Under the pieces are notes generated by a model that saw only the letters and a list, made by a program, of their open reading frames with translations, was not told where the DNA came from and made no database searches. A DNA stretch of 64,000 nt from Octopus sinensis (taxonomy: Eukaryota), in assembly GCF_006345805.1 (NCBI RefSeq), contig NC_043015.1:50902001-50966000 (forward strand), read 5' to 3'. Each line of letters begins with the position of its first letter. The stretch's first letter is position 1. Position numbers and translations under genes: made by a program. Shown here in pieces: positions 25,119 to 38,770 of the stretch.

Positions 25119-26689
25119 AGAGAGAGAGATAAGATAGGTAGATGTACAATGAAAGAGGGAACCGTTTCCCTCATTCCTTATAAACTCAACAAACACTGTG
25201 GAATTCCTGAAGTAGATCCAGTGACACTTATATCAAAATTGTGGATGACATCAGGTAGCCTAAACAGGAAAAGTGCTTTAATCAGCATACTATTAACGCT
25301 GTACCCAAAGTCCAAATTATTACTCTTATATCTATGCTTTCGGTGTGAATGGTTTTATATACGTGCTGTTTTTACAATCCCATAAATAATAATAATAGTA
25401 TTTTTATATAAGTTTAAAGCTTATGGCGATCACCATGCAATAACTAACGAAAATAGTCTGATAAAGGGGAATATAAGCCCTCGGCAGAAAAAAGGCTTTC
25501 CTATCCGTGTGGGAGTCGAACAAGGCATAGCTGTGTGGTAAGAAGCTTGCTTCCCAACTACATGGTTCTGGGTTCAGTCCCGCTGCATAGCACTTTGGGC
25601 AACCAAACCCTTGTGAGTGGATTTAGCTGACAGAAACTGGAAGAAGCCCGCTGTATATTTATATGTATATATATATATTTATATATATCTATGTGTGTTG
25701 TGTATGTGTTAGTCTCCCCATCACTGCTTGACAGCTGGTTTTGATGTGTCTATGTCCCTGTAACTTAGAGGTTCAGCAAAAGAGACTGGTAGACCAAATC
25801 CCTCCAAAGCAGTGCTCCACCTTGGCTGCAGTCAAATGACTGAAACAAGTAAAAGAATAAAAGAATATATGTATATACATAGATGAGGTAACTTTACACT
25901 AAGGGGTGAAACGTACAGTTTCTTGTAATTCAAACCACTTCATGGTCCCAAGAGACAAACTGGAAAAGGTGTCACCCCAGGGGGTGGCAAGAGAAACAGG
26001 CTTTAGCGACAGAGGCTGTCTCATTCTTTGGGTGTGTTCAGCTACAATGATCGGATCTGTGCCTGTTATTGGTACAACTGTGTCAGTGGCTTGTCTGAAT
26101 CACCTCCCCTCCAGTCTCTCTTATCTTTTGTTCGTTTCAGTCATTGGACTGTGGCCATGCTGGGGCACTGCTTTGAGGTTTTAGTTGAAGCCACTTATGC
26201 TATCACTGTATATAGGTGAACTGCTAGATTATGAGGGATGTAAACAAACCAACACAGGTTGTCAAGCGGTTGGGGATGAAAAAACATAGACACACACACA
26301 CATACACATACACACACAAATGACTTGGTAGAAGGCTATAAGATTATCCATCGTCTTCCCAGCAAAAACTTTGGCCATCATTTTGAATTCAATATCTGTT
26401 ACCTGATGACATACTTATGAAATAATACTAATAAAAAAATAACACCACAGCACCCATGACTTTCAGAAATATTTTTTCATGCTCTGAGGGATGGAACAAA
26501 CTATGGCACCTGTCCCTTGATTGCTTACTTCCAAACATAATGAATTAAAAATATAAAAAGACATTTAATGCAAAAACCATTTATTTATTTAATGATTACA
26601 TGCAACAACAACTTTAATATTTTAATCTTGTTTTTAAGTCCTAAGTATCAATATACATCTAATACATATTTATATGAATATTATTATCA

Positions 26690-27255
26690 TTATTATTATT
26701 ATTATTGAGAGAGAAAGCAGTACGTGCCATCAAAGGGACATTGGAGTAAAAATATATGAAGCCCAATATACCCATCATGACTACTCATCTGATAAGGACA
26801 CACCAGGCACATGTATCACAAACATATGTGCATGACATGGTGTATTCTTATATCAAGATAAACAGTGCATGACCTTGCAGTTGGGGCCCAGTTAGAATTT
26901 TCTTCATGTCCAGTAGCCCATCCTACTCAGAAGTTCCCTGAATAATGATTGATGAACAAAACACCCATGTTTCCAGAAGTGAATTATTCAAACCCCAAAG
27001 AATCCCTCTCAACACATGGCTATGATGCTTCCCCACTACTTCTGCTCGTGATCAGAGATGCACGTATCATCAGCCACCAAGGGATGTGGTCAACTGGTTA
27101 AGGTCAAACAACTGACAAGCAAACCTGTGGTATTGAGCAGAATATTTGCTGTAGCCCATCTTTTATACCAAGACAAAACAATGTACATGATAGCACTTCC
27201 AATCAGTTAAGATCAGAAGCCACGAGAGCCACTGCCTGGTACTGCATCAGGGCAT
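26690..27255 (-). mobile_element. interspersed repeat, probable LINE 3'UTR with (AAT)n tail
   Basis: About 560 nt of higher-GC sequence abutting an (ATT)n run. No coding motif recognised. Confidence 0.35.
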
Positions 27256-27358
27256 TGTACCAGTTGTGCACTGGGGTCAATGCAATCGACTTACCCCTCC
27301 CCAACAAAAATTTATGTCTTTGTGCCTATAGTAGAAAGGATTATTATTATTAGTATTA

Positions 27359-27393
<35 letters not shown>

Positions 27394-27468
27394 CTACTAC
27401 TACTACTATTATTATTCTTATTATCATTATTATTATCATTATCATTATCATCATCATCATCATCATCA

Positions 27469-27506
<38 letters not shown>

Positions 27507-27510
27507 ATTA

Positions 27511-27542
<32 letters not shown>

Positions 27543-28937
27543 GTTACTACTACTACTACTATTGATGTTACTGATTGCTATCCATGTTGTTATATTAATT
27601 TACATTTTTTTTAAAAGAACATCATACAAAACATACAAAAGTATAAAAGAAAAAGCCAAGTATATAAGAAATCCTTTGAAACTCTCATGCTTGTGTCTTA
27701 TGAAACTTGTGTAGTCTCCATGATGCAGTCAACAGAATTAATGTTATGCTTTATCCATTCCAAGTTTTAACAGAACAATGTTGTAACCACCTACAAAGAA
27801 AACAGATTTATATTGTTTAAAATTCATGAAATAAAACAGATATGGATGCTGTGTCTGGTAACACAATTATTGCAAGTCTATATTGTCTCAGCTAGGATGT
27901 CGATTAGAGGGTTGTCATGTTCACTAAAGCAATTATCAAAGTCTATATATTGTTTTCGTGGAGGCGCGTGGCTCAGTGGTTAGGGTGTCAGCATCATGAT
28001 CGTAAGATTGTGGTTTCGATTCCTGAACCGGGCGACGCGTTGTGTTCTTGATTCTTGAGCAAAACACTTTATTTCACATTGCTCCAGTTCACTCAGCTGG
28101 CAAAAATGAGTAATGCTGCAATGGACTGGCATCCTGTCCACCTGAGGTACACATATGCCATTGAAATCGGGAAACCAGGCCCATGAGCCTGGCTAGGCTT
28201 TAAAAGGGCGCATTTTTTAATTTATTTATTTTTTAATATTTTGTTTACACTATGGTCTGTAATGTGTTCATTGATGGAATCAGCAAGGTCTGTCTATATA
28301 TTATCATTGGATTATCTGTCACGTTTAAATTTTTTAATCAAATCCCCAATGGAAGACGAGGATAAATGTTCTTTCCTTGACAGGTTTCTTTCTCATGTCA
28401 ACGTCCAGTCCTGAAATCAACAAGGTCTCTACCGTGTCCACTAATGGTATCAATGTCCCTGTTGGTTGGTCAGGAAATTATTAACGGTTTTTGTTGTCTA
28501 TAATCAAGAAGTTAAAAATATATTACAATGTCAAGGTAAAACAAAACAAAAGAAAAAAAATTATCGATTCATTTCGTAAAAAGTCCTTTATAGCTATTTA
28601 TCTTAGATTTCAATATCTTTTACTTGTTTCAATCATTGTACTGTGGCCATGCTGGAGCACCACCTCGAAGTGTTTAGTCAAACAAATTGACCCTAGTAAC
28701 TTTTTTAAGCTTGATACTTATATGTCTGTTTATCTGTCCGTCTATATATAGAGATGATGTTGATATAGATATGTAGTTTGTAAAAAACATAAATCTGAAA
28801 GAAGAAGCGCATTCCAAGACGTAGAGCAGTATATATTAAAAATGGGGAGGGCCCATGTTGCAACAGATTTTTGGGATCTGATGATATGCTATAAAGCTAA
28901 ACCCTAAAATGGTAATCCCATAAACCAGCCTTCCCCA

Positions 28938-28987
<50 letters not shown>

Positions 28988-29312
28988 TGTATGTATATAT
29001 ATATCAAGATCTATTGGCACATAAAAACACCATTCGAGCGTGGCCGTTCGCCAGCCTCGTCTGGCACCTGTGTCGGTGGCACATAAAATCACCCACTACA
29101 CTCTCGGAGTGGTTGGCGTTAGGAAGGGCATCCAGCTGTAGAAACACTGCCAGATCTGACTGGCCTGGTGCAGCCTTCGGGCTCCCCAGACCCCAGTTGA
29201 ACCGTCCAACCCATGCTAGCATGGAAAACGGACGCTAAATGATGATGATGATGATGATGATATAGATCATGATATATATATATATATCTATTTATATAGA
29301 TATGTATGTATG

Positions 29313-29350
<38 letters not shown>

Positions 29351-29582
29351 TATATATAGTGGAGGCGCAACAATGGCCCAGTGGTTAGGGCAGCGGACTT
29401 CAGATTTGATTTCTTCGACTAAAACCCTTGAAGGCAGTGCTCCAGCATGGCCACAGCCAAGTGCCTGAAACAAAGCGAAAGGGTTAAAAGAAATTTCTCA
29501 GGGTCCACTTACGGTATGAAACAAATGCGGGCGCTGTGTTTGAACCCAGTCGAAGGAAAAGTGGCGGAGTGGGTTCCAATGC

Positions 29583-29861
29583 TTAAAGACTGAGTCTTGA
29601 GGGGTTCAAGATGTTGTCCAGAGACAAATGTTGCGTCCATTGGTAGAGCCGAAGTGCTTCGTTGTCCATGTCGTTCGGGTCAAGGTCGTCATCTTGACCG
29701 GTGGACATATCGTCGTTGTCGGTGTGGACAGTGGCAGTAACAAAGTCGCTAGTTTTTGATGCGATGATGATGCTGTCATCGTCGTCGTCATCATATCCAG
29801 AATAGGGTTTCAGTGAAATGCTATTTTCGGGCGTTTGCGGTGTGGAATACTGAGACATCTT
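29583..29861 (-). CDS. CXorf58: CXorf58-like protein, last coding exon
   Basis: Minus-strand ttacattttAG|AAG-ATG. KMSQYSTP...DDDD...NEALRLYQWTQHLSLDNILNPSRLSL*. Phase 0 matches the upstream exon. Confidence 0.78.
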   Translation of the reverse strand, partial: KMSQYSTPQTPENSISLKPYSGYDDDDDDSIIIASKTSDFVTATVHTDNDDMSTGQDDDLDPNDMDNEALRLYQWTQHLSLDNILNPSRLSL

Positions 29862-31655
29862 CTAAAATGTAAAAATGACAAAAACAAAAAAAGGAAAAAC
29901 AATGGTAAATAAATAACAATAACAATAACAAAAACAATCACAACCACCACCACCACCACCACCACCACTGCTACCACTGCTACCACAGCCACTGTCACCA
30001 CTACTACCATTGTCATCACCATCATTATTGTCATCATCATAGTCATGATCACAACTGCCGCCACCAACACAACCACTGCTATCATATTCTGCATCACCAT
30101 TATCATCTTCATCATCATCACTATTTTCATCATCATCTGCTCCATCACTACCACCACCACCACCACCACCATCATCATCACCATCATCACCACCATCACC
30201 ACCACCACAATCATCATCACCACCATCACCACCACCACAATCATCATCATCACCATCATCACCACCATCATCACCACCACCACAATCATCATCACCATCA
30301 TCATCAACTGCATCACCACCACCACTACAATCATCATCACCACCATCACCACCACCACAATCATCATCACCACCAGCGCCATCATCATCACCATCATCAT
30401 CAACTGCATCACCATTGCCATCATCATCATCATCATTATTGTTTTAACATCTATTTTTCCATACTTGCATGGTTCCAATGGAATTCGTTGAGGCCCATTT
30501 TCCATGGTCTGACTATGCCCTTCCTACTGCCAACCCTGACTTGTTTCCGAGCAAGTTAATATTTCCACATGACTGGACATGTTTCCATGGAAAATTGGGG
30601 AAAATAATTGATACCATGTGGTATATGACCGGGACATTTGTTTACGAGTATCATACAAACATACACAAACACACATAGGCACAAACATGCAAATATACAT
30701 GATGGGCTTCTTTCAGTTTCCGTCTACCAAATCCACTCACAAGGCTTTGGTCGGCCCGAGGTTATAGTAGAAGACACTTGCCCAAGGTGCCACACAGTGG
30801 GACTGAACCTGGAACCATGTGGTTGGGAAGCAAGTTTCTTACCACACAACCATGCCTGATGAGGTACCTTTCTTTAGTCAATCCTACCTATAAAGGAACA
30901 ACACACACACATCATGGCACTCCATTGGTTATGACAACGAGGGTTCCAGTTGATCTGATCAACGGAACAGCCTGCTCATGAAATTAACGTGCAAGTGACT
31001 GAGCACTCCACAGACATGTGTACCCTTATTGTAGTCCTCGGGGAGATTCAGCGTGACACAGAGTGTGACAAGGCTGGCCCCTTTGAAATACAGGTACAAC
31101 AGAAACAGGAAGAAAGAGTGAGAGAAAGTTGTGGTGAAAGAGTACAGCAGGGTTTGCCACCATCCCCTGCCGGAGCCTTGTAGAACTTTAGATGTTTTCG
31201 CTCAATAAACACTCACAACGCCCGGTCCGGGAATCAAAACCACGATGCTATGACCGCGAGTCTGCTGCCCTAACCACTGGGCCATTGAGCCTCCACACAC
31301 ACATATATCACCGTGATCACTGTGACTGACCAGGTTATCAGATGTTGCTACACATCACTGATCAAAATGCGCTTCGCATTGTTTTAGCCTTCAAATGATG
31401 CCACCCTGCTGGCTAAGCGAGCAGACCAACAGAAGAAAGAGTGAGAGAAAGTTGTGGCGAAAGAGTATAGCAGGGATTGCCACCACCCCCTGCTGAAGCC
31501 TCGTGGAGCTTTAGGTGTTTTCGCTCAATAAACACTCATGACGCCTGGTCTGGGAATCGAAACCGCGAGTCCGCTGCCCTAACCACTGGAGCATATATAT
31601 ATGTATATATGTATATATATACATATATATATAAATATAAGCAAAAACTATTTAC

Positions 31656-31803
31656 ACTTTTTTCTTGTCGTTCTTGTTCTTGTAGATAGAGTTCCCTCAT
31701 TTTGTTCACTTTCTTGACCGCTCGTTTGGACCGACGCTTCGTTTTATTGCCCTTTATTTCAGGACATTTCATGAGTCGTTCCAACGGATATGAAATTGAT
31801 GAT
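31656..31803 (-). CDS. CXorf58: CXorf58-like protein, coding exon
   Basis: ctgactgcAG|A...AAA-AGT|GTaaat. (K)SSISYPLERLMKCPEIKGNKTKRRSKRAVKKVNKMRELYLQEQERQEKS. RRSK.A..KV.KMR..Y matches the recalled human GRRSKQAQMKVEKMRKVY. 148 nt. Confidence 0.82.
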
Positions 31804-32904
31804 CTGCAGTCAGAAGTAATTGAAACGGATGCTGTAATATTTGCGGGAAAAAAAAACTAAATAAGGAACCATTCAACATCAACATCATCATTACCACCAC
31901 CACCACCACCATCATCATTATTATCATCATCATGCTCATCACTATCATCGTTGTCATCTTCCTCCTCCTACTCCTCACTATCACTGTCCTACCACCACCA
32001 GCACCTACTACCACCACCTATCACCACCACCACCACCACCTATCACCACCACCTACCACCACCACCACCACAACCTATCACCACCACCACTATCACCACC
32101 ACACCACCACCACCACCACCTATCACCACCACCACCTATCACCACCACCACCACCACCTATCACCACCACCACCATCACTATCACCACCACCACCACTAT
32201 CACCATTTAATGTCCATTTCCCATGCTGGCATGGATTGGATGGTTCAACATGATGGGCTAGCGGGGTGCGTCAAGCCTCTATCATCTACTTTGGTTATGC
32301 TCTCTACAGCTGGATGCCCTTCTTAATGCCAACCATTCCAACCCCTATCCTGTCTTCTAAAATGCAAATAAGAACACAAATAACAACTACAATAAAAATG
32401 CTACCACCACCACCACCACCACCACCACCAATAACAACAGCAACGGCAGCAACAAATCACATATCAGTCACTGAGGGAGCTTCAACATGGTTGTCTGACC
32501 TGCTAGAAATAACCACCAAATCTCCTTCAAATCACTCTTTACTGACTTGTCTTAAATAACAAAAAAGACACATTGGAGAAGATAGTCATGGATACTTCAA
32601 CTGGCTTGAGGTGGTCATGGTTGGCATGTCTTTAATCAAAGACTTAAATTGATTAAAGCTGATCTGGAGCTCAACAACAATAACAACAGCAACAATATCA
32701 AGACTTTATACCACAGAGCTTCCTAAAAATAGACACCAATATCTAAGCACTGTCCAAGCCTGATTAGGTTGCTTATGGAGAAAACCAAGCAAACCAAAGC
32801 AAATAATTGACCTCCACAAACTATAAATTCACAAACACATTCTACTTTACAAGAATGAAGGACAACTCAGAGTAACAAGACTAAAACAAGAGAACTCAGA
32901 GACG

Positions 32905-33648
32905 AAACATCCCTGGAAGTTTCATCCAAATCCATCCAGTGGTTCTTGTGATATCGTGTCCATGGACAAACAAACATAGCTGAAAACAATACCTCCACCT
33001 TTGTTAAAGCGGTGGAAACATCATCATCATCATCATTGTTCGACTGTGGTCGAGACAATGGAATTTATCATGCTACGCCAGACTTCACGGTCCATCATGG
33101 CATTACGGAGGTCCTGTTGCTGGACGCCTGTATCCCTGGAGATTACATCAGGGTAGGAGAGTGTGCGCCCTCTGGTATTGCGAGTAGATGGCTTCCAGAG
33201 GAGAAGAGTAGAAATTACCTCTTTTTCAGCTCTACAACAATGTCCAGCAAACTGGACTCTCCTACCTTTTACAAGGTGGAAACAAGAGCACTCAGGGAGT
33301 TCAAACTTCCGCCAAGGCAACACCAACTTCTTCTCAATGATTAGCCTGAGATGATTTTTAAAATGAGAATATCTGAAATAAACTCGACTGCTCTCACAAA
33401 CGAGAATACTAAAAATGAACCTGACCGCTCTCAAAAATTAAGTAAAAGAACAGGAAAAATAATTCAGAATCCTTGTCTGGTAACAGATCGATCCCAAAAT
33501 CTAATCAGTTCATGCCATTCACGAGGCCAAATATCCCTGAAAGTTTCTTCTGAATCCATCCAACAGTTATTGAGATATCTTGTCCATGGACAAACAAACA
33601 AACACGACTGAAAACAATACCTCTGCCTTTGCTAAGGCAGAGGTAAAA
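32905..33648 (+). mobile_element. Helentron-associated (HINE/DINE-1-like) modules with 3' hairpins
   Basis: Two related modules (32905-33018, 33532-33648), each with ACAAACAAAC and a terminal stem-loop. The second is the perfect TACCTCTGCCTT-tgct-AAGGCAGAGGTA (33618-33645). Confidence 0.5.
33020..33345 (-). mobile_element. RTE-group LINE 3' fragment (second family)
   Basis: RRVQFAGHCCR...LLLWKP...RGRTLSYPDVISRDTG...AMMDREVWR* with a (GAT)n tail. Confidence 0.78.
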
Positions 33649-34192
33649 AAGATAAAGACCACCCCTTCGGTTATGAATGTCTATGAGATTGCACCTAGAA
33701 AGTTCCCTCTGAGACACAAGTCTGGGTAAAGTTGTTTCTGGGAGACCAGCAGTCACCCATGCATACCAGCCTCCCCTTCTCCACACCACTGATGTTATCC
33801 AAGGGAAAGGCAAAGGCTGATACAGCTTGGCACCAGTGATGTCATAACTTATTTCTACAGCTGAGTGAACTGGAGCAACATGAAATAAAGTGTCTTGCTC
33901 AAGAACACAACACACAACCTGATCTGGGAATTGAACGCACTACCTCATGATTGTGATCCTGACACCCTAACCATTGAGTCATACACCTTCACAGAATAAC
34001 AAGAATAAGATATAAGAAATATATGCATAATATAAGAGTATTCTCATCATCAGCTATCCAAGCAGGTATCATTACGGTTTCGACACATGAGCAGAACCAT
34101 TCAATCTGGCAGAGTCTACAGCATTAAAAATATCATTCGCAGAAGAGAAACACAGGTAAAAATTTTTATGGTAACGTTTTTGAAACTCTTAC

Positions 34193-34346
34193 TTCAAAGC
34201 TGAGATGATATTAAGGTGTAACATTTGGATTTTGGGATTAACTGGTTTCACCAGAAGATTTGTGAGATGGTGTTGGATATCCGGAGAAACTTTGCCACTG
34301 TACAAAAACTCAACAATATCGTAGAAGATGATATGGCGTGGAACGT
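34193..34346 (-). CDS. CXorf58: CXorf58-like protein, coding exon
   Basis: aatgtAG|AC...TTG-AA|GTaaga. (D)VPRHIIFYDIVEFLYSGKVSPDIQHHLTNLLVKPVNPKIQMLHLNIISAL(K), similar to the recalled human NIPRTMLMYDIVHY.ESG. 154 nt. Confidence 0.88.
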
Positions 34347-34590
34347 CTACATTAAAAAGAAAAGAAAAATTATTTCAATTACAGAGTGGAAAATACATAT
34401 TGGCCATGGGAAAACAAAGAAAGACTGTTAACTTCATATAGCATTTAAACCAACCATAACCAGCACAAATATTCTACCTGTTTTATGCTGAAATTGGAAA
34501 GATCTGGTCTCTCACACCTTCTCTGCAATGTCATACTAAATATAAACAATGACATCATTGAAATTTCAAATCTAGAAGATGATTGCATGG

Positions 34591-34809
34591 TCAACCCTTT
34601 GGCATTTAAACTGGACATATCTGACCCAAATATTCTTGTTTTATGCTTAAACCAGCCAAATCTGGCCTCTCACACCTACCCTACAATGTCATTCTAAAAA
34701 TAAACAACCAGACTTTGCATAAACAACAAAACTATGCATAATTAATTTAAAATAGTGTGAATAAATAAGCATTACATCTGACTGAAAAATCTGAGTAGTA
34801 AAGAATTAA
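34591..34809. mobile_element. piggyBac-type MITE
   Basis: TCAA|CCCTTTGGCATT...AGTAAAGAA|TTAA degenerate ends. A second copy at about 42030-42334 ends AATGCTAAAGGG|TTAA, and a partial copy lies at 34435-34590. Confidence 0.55.
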
Positions 34810-35474
34810 TTCAAAACAATGTGAAATAAATAAATATTATAGGTATAGGAGTGGCTGTGTGGTAAGTAGCTTGCTTATGAACCACATAGTTCCGGGTTCA
34901 GTCCCACTTCGTGGCACCTTGGGAAAGTGTCTTCTACTATAGCCTCGGGCTGACCAAAGTCTTGTGAGTGGATTTGGTAGAAGGAAACTGAAAGAAGCCC
35001 GTCGTATATATGTATATGTGTGTATATGTTTGCATGTCTGTGTTTGTTCCCCCACCATCGCTTAACAATCGATACTGGTGTGTTTACGTCCCCTCACTTA
35101 GTGGTTCGGCAAAAGCGACCGATAGTATAAGTACTAGGCTTACAAAGAATAAGTCCTGGGGTCGACTTGCTCGACTAAAGGCAGTGCTGCAGCATGGCCG
35201 CAGTCAAATGACAGAAATAAGTAAAAGAATAAAAAAATATATATATATATGTATATATACATGTGTGTTCTACATGGCTATCACATCTATTCTACAGTAT
35301 ATTTGCTTCTGTTTAACACAAAATTTCCCATCAAATCATTTGTTGAACAACTTTATCTCCAAGCAAAATGAGAAAGAAAGACAGAAAGAAAGGGAAAAAA
35401 AAATCAATATTTTCTTAAATGCATATCAAGGAATAAATCTAATTTTCTCCCTGAAATAAACTAAATTCCGGTAC

Positions 35475-35550
35475 CATTTAGAGAAAGAAGTCTCCAGTAG
35501 TTACATTTGCCACCATATTTAGCAGGAGTTTCATCGATATGGGCCAGGTA
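35475..35550 (-). CDS. CXorf58: CXorf58-like protein, coding exon
   Basis: ctatttcAG|TAC...AAT-G|GTaccg. YLAHIDETPAKYGGKCNYWRLLSLN, similar to human FDEAPAFSGGRNNSWRKL. 76 nt. Confidence 0.9.
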
Positions 35551-36123
35551 CTGAAATAGAAAGACAAAGATTGAATTATAAACTGTTATATTAGAGATTC
35601 GTGGAGGCACAATGGCCCAGTGGTTAGGGCAGCGGACTCGCGGTCGTAGCATCGTGGTTTCGATTCCCAGACCGGGCATTGTGAGTGTTTATTGAGCGAA
35701 AACACCTAAAGCTCCACGAGGCTCTGGCAGGGGGTGGTGGTGAACCCTATTGTACTCTTCCACCACAACTTTTTCTCACTCTTTCTTCCTGTTTCTGTTG
35801 TATGTGTATTTCAAAGGGCCAGCCATGTCACACTCTGTGTCATGCTGAATCTCCCCAAGAACTACGTTAAGGGTACACGAGTCAGTGGAGCGCTCAGCCA
35901 CATGCACGTTAATTTCATGAGCAGGCTGTTCCGTTGATTGGATCAACTGGAATCCTCGTCATCGTAATCGATGAAGTGCCATTGTCAATAAAATAAAATA
36001 AAATAAAGATGAATTTTTAAAATTCTTGCACAGCCTGGTACAGGTCCACAGCTCCATGGTCAGAGATCCCTGTTCCGAGGAGAGGATTGTGAACTGATAT
36101 TATGGCTTCCACTTTAGTGCCAT

Positions 36124-36534
36124 AAGATCTTTTTGGTTTGAATGGCAGTTTTTTCTAGCGGTGTCATATGAAATTGTCACCCATAATTATGACCTTAGTA
36201 TCGATCTATTGCATTTCAATCTATTTCAGGGTTAGGAGTGGAGGGAAAGATATCTTTTTTTCTTCAGAAATGTGAATAAACCCAATCTGTTTCTTAAACG
36301 AGGGACATATTCATATGGCACAGAATGTTTTCACCTCAATAGACGTCATTGATTGGTTGAAATTGCAGAAACTGAAGAAAAAAACAACATATATCTTACA
36401 AACTATAGAATTTTCTCAATAAAGCCAAGAGAAAAAGATGTTTTATAAACACATTCTACCAGTATACCAAGTTTAAAAGTGTTTAGTTACATGGAAATTA
36501 TTTTAAAAAACTGCCGGTCAAACCAAACAGATCC
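36124..36534. mobile_element. MITE with about 30-bp TIRs (copy 1)
   Basis: AGATCTTTTTGGTTTGAATGGCAGTTTTTT ... AAAAAACTGCCGGTCAAACCAAACAGATCC. It is the inverted homologue of 51349-51765. Confidence 0.75.
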
Positions 36535-36617
36535 GCGCCATGTTATGTTTAGTTTTTTTTGTTGGTGATAATCACAAAGTTGTTAGGAGGGAAACAAGGG
36601 AACAACTCCATTCTTAC

Positions 36618-36749
36618 CTGCATGTAATCCTTCAGCGTCACAACGTCAACAAAATCTGTTGTTTTCCTGCAGTGATGTTGCACTTGGTCATACAGGAGTT
36701 GATCAAAGAATAATCGAGGGCCCTTTATTTTAAGGCTGTCTTCATTTGC
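36618..36749 (-). CDS. CXorf58: CXorf58-like protein, coding exon
   Basis: tatttacAG|GCA...ATG-CAG|GTaaga. ANEDSLKIKGPRLFFDQLLYDQVQHHCRKTTDFVDVVTLKDYMQ, similar to human TDIMDVVTMQDYVQ. 132 nt. Confidence 0.9.
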
Positions 36750-38313
36750 CTGTAAATACAATGTTTCATTTACTACTACTACTACTACTACTACTACTAA
36801 TAATAATAATAATAATCCTTTCTACTAAAGGCACAAGGCCTGAAATTTTGGCGGGAGGAGACTAGTCAATTATATCAATCCCAGTGTTTCACTGGTCCTT
36901 AATTTATCGACCCCGAAAGGATGAAAGGCAAAGTAGACCTCAGTGGAATTTGAACTCAAAATGTAGTGACAGGCAAAGTATTGCTAAGAATTATGTCCAG
37001 CGTGGTAACAATTCTGCTAGCTCGCCACCTTGATAATGATGATGATGATGATAATGATAATAATAATAATAATAATCCTTTCTTCTATAGGGCACAAGGC
37101 CTGAAATTCTGGGAGAGGGGGCTAGTCGGTTACATTAACCCCAGTATTCAACCGGTACTTATTTTAACAACCCCAAAAGAATGACAGGCAGAGTTGACCC
37201 CAGCAGCATTTGAACTTAGAATGTAACGGAGGATGGAATGCTGCTAAGCATTTTACTTGATGTGCTGATGATTCTGCTAGGTCGTCAATAATAATAACTA
37301 GCACTAGTGCATGCTTATACAGCTGCGTGCGTGCGCACATACACGCGAGTACTGTCCAAATCTCTGACCAATCACACACAGCTAGCTGGCATTCAATTGG
37401 TGTATCAAGTTTCAGGCATTATGATTGAGTTTTGGACAGAAAATTCACAAAGTCACTTCTATTGATTTTTTAATGGCTTTGCGGGGTGATTGGGGAAATG
37501 TAAAGATGTGCACAACCACCCTTGGACGGTTTTGAATGACCACAGAAAGTGTGAGCCCTCTAACTGAAAAATTGTGGATTTGTATAAAGGACGCACACAC
37601 AGACATTTTGCCGTTTATATATATAGAGGTAATAATAATAATTTCTTTTATATATCAAAGGAGCATAGATGAGGGTGGGGGTAGGGTATCTCACAAGTAC
37701 AGAAAATAATTTGTGATGCATCTCACTACTTCTGGTCCCTCATCATCTGATTCTCACAACAAAAGAAAAAAAACAAAAACAAAAGAAATCTAGCCATCTT
37801 TGTTGTTGTTTGTGTCATGGAACTTTTGGAATGGTTGTTACAACCGGATGCCATTCTCATTATGAACCATTCTATAGTGTGGACTGGACACATTTTATCA
37901 GATTGGAATGACTACAAAGGCCATTATCATTGCATCAAGGATGACTTCTGAGATTCCTATAGACAAAAGCTTCTTAACAATTCTTAAACGAGATCACAAT
38001 AGAATGGTTTTCAAGTGTCTTCTCCAGACTCTTCAGAAGACAATTAAACACCATAAACTAATTGATATTCATTAATTATAAGGTAGCGAGCTGGCAGAAT
38101 TGCTAGTATATTGGGAACACTGTTCAGCAGTATTTCATCTGCCATTACATTCTGAGTTCAAATTCCACTGAGGTCAACTTTGCCTTTCATCATTTCGGGG
38201 TCGATAAAATAAGTACCAGTTACGCACTGGGGGTCGATGTAAGTGGCTCACCTGCTCCCCGCAAATTTGAACCAATTATTGAGTGCTTCTACTGATTACA
38301 GTAGTAAGCTTAA

Positions 38314-38440
38314 CCTTTAGCACACTGTAGGTGGATCATGTTACCATATGAGTTTTCTCCCCTGTGGTAACTCTATATGAGTTCACTTGCCTGTAGTGGC
38401 AGGGGAAACAACTCTAGAGAAAATGCGGTGTGCTAAAGGT
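38314..38440. mobile_element. 127-bp piggyBac-type MITE
   Basis: TTAA|CCTTTAGCACAC ... GTGTGCTAAAGG|TTAA: perfect 12-bp TIR with TTAA target duplication. Confidence 0.8.
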
Positions 38441-38655
38441 TAACTGAACCTATGCTACCTGTTTACAGCTAGCAAAAAGAGTTAAGTATTTAGACAAGGG
38501 CCTGAAACTGAGGTCAGTGGCGCTGGACAAAATACGAACTAGTAAGCTTTGAGTTACAATCAAACTGGTCATTGGTGCATGACATGACTTCAAAGAAGAA
38601 ATAGAAACAAATGAAAAGTTACAATGTTTTTTCTTCATATTTCATTTTATTTTAC

Positions 38656-38770
38656 CTCAGTTGCTGCTGGAGTCATCATTGTTTTCCCACTGAGATATTT
38701 GATAACTGGGCCGTTTTGGTGGAGGAAAATCTTGAAATATACCAATGGAGGGAAGGTTCTTCCACCAAAC
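38656..38770 (-). CDS. CXorf58: CXorf58-like protein, coding exon
   Basis: tcatccAG|G...ACT-GAG|GTaaaa. (R)FGGRTFPPLVYFKIFLHQNGPVIKYLSGKTMMTPAATE, similar to human RFRGETFPPFIVFKIFLH..KYFSGK. 115 nt. Confidence 0.92.

Noticed and set aside
25488-25521. tRNA-like 3' half on the minus strand (GTTCGACTCCCACACGGATAG followed by T6)
   Set aside because: Only 21 nt are tRNA-like, the 5' part is replaced by a SINE, and the implied acceptor stem matches no tRNA I recognise.
34189-34194. AAG-TAA read as the end of the CXorf58-like ORF
   Set aside because: The same bases form AA|GTAAGA, and two further phase-compatible homologous exons follow.
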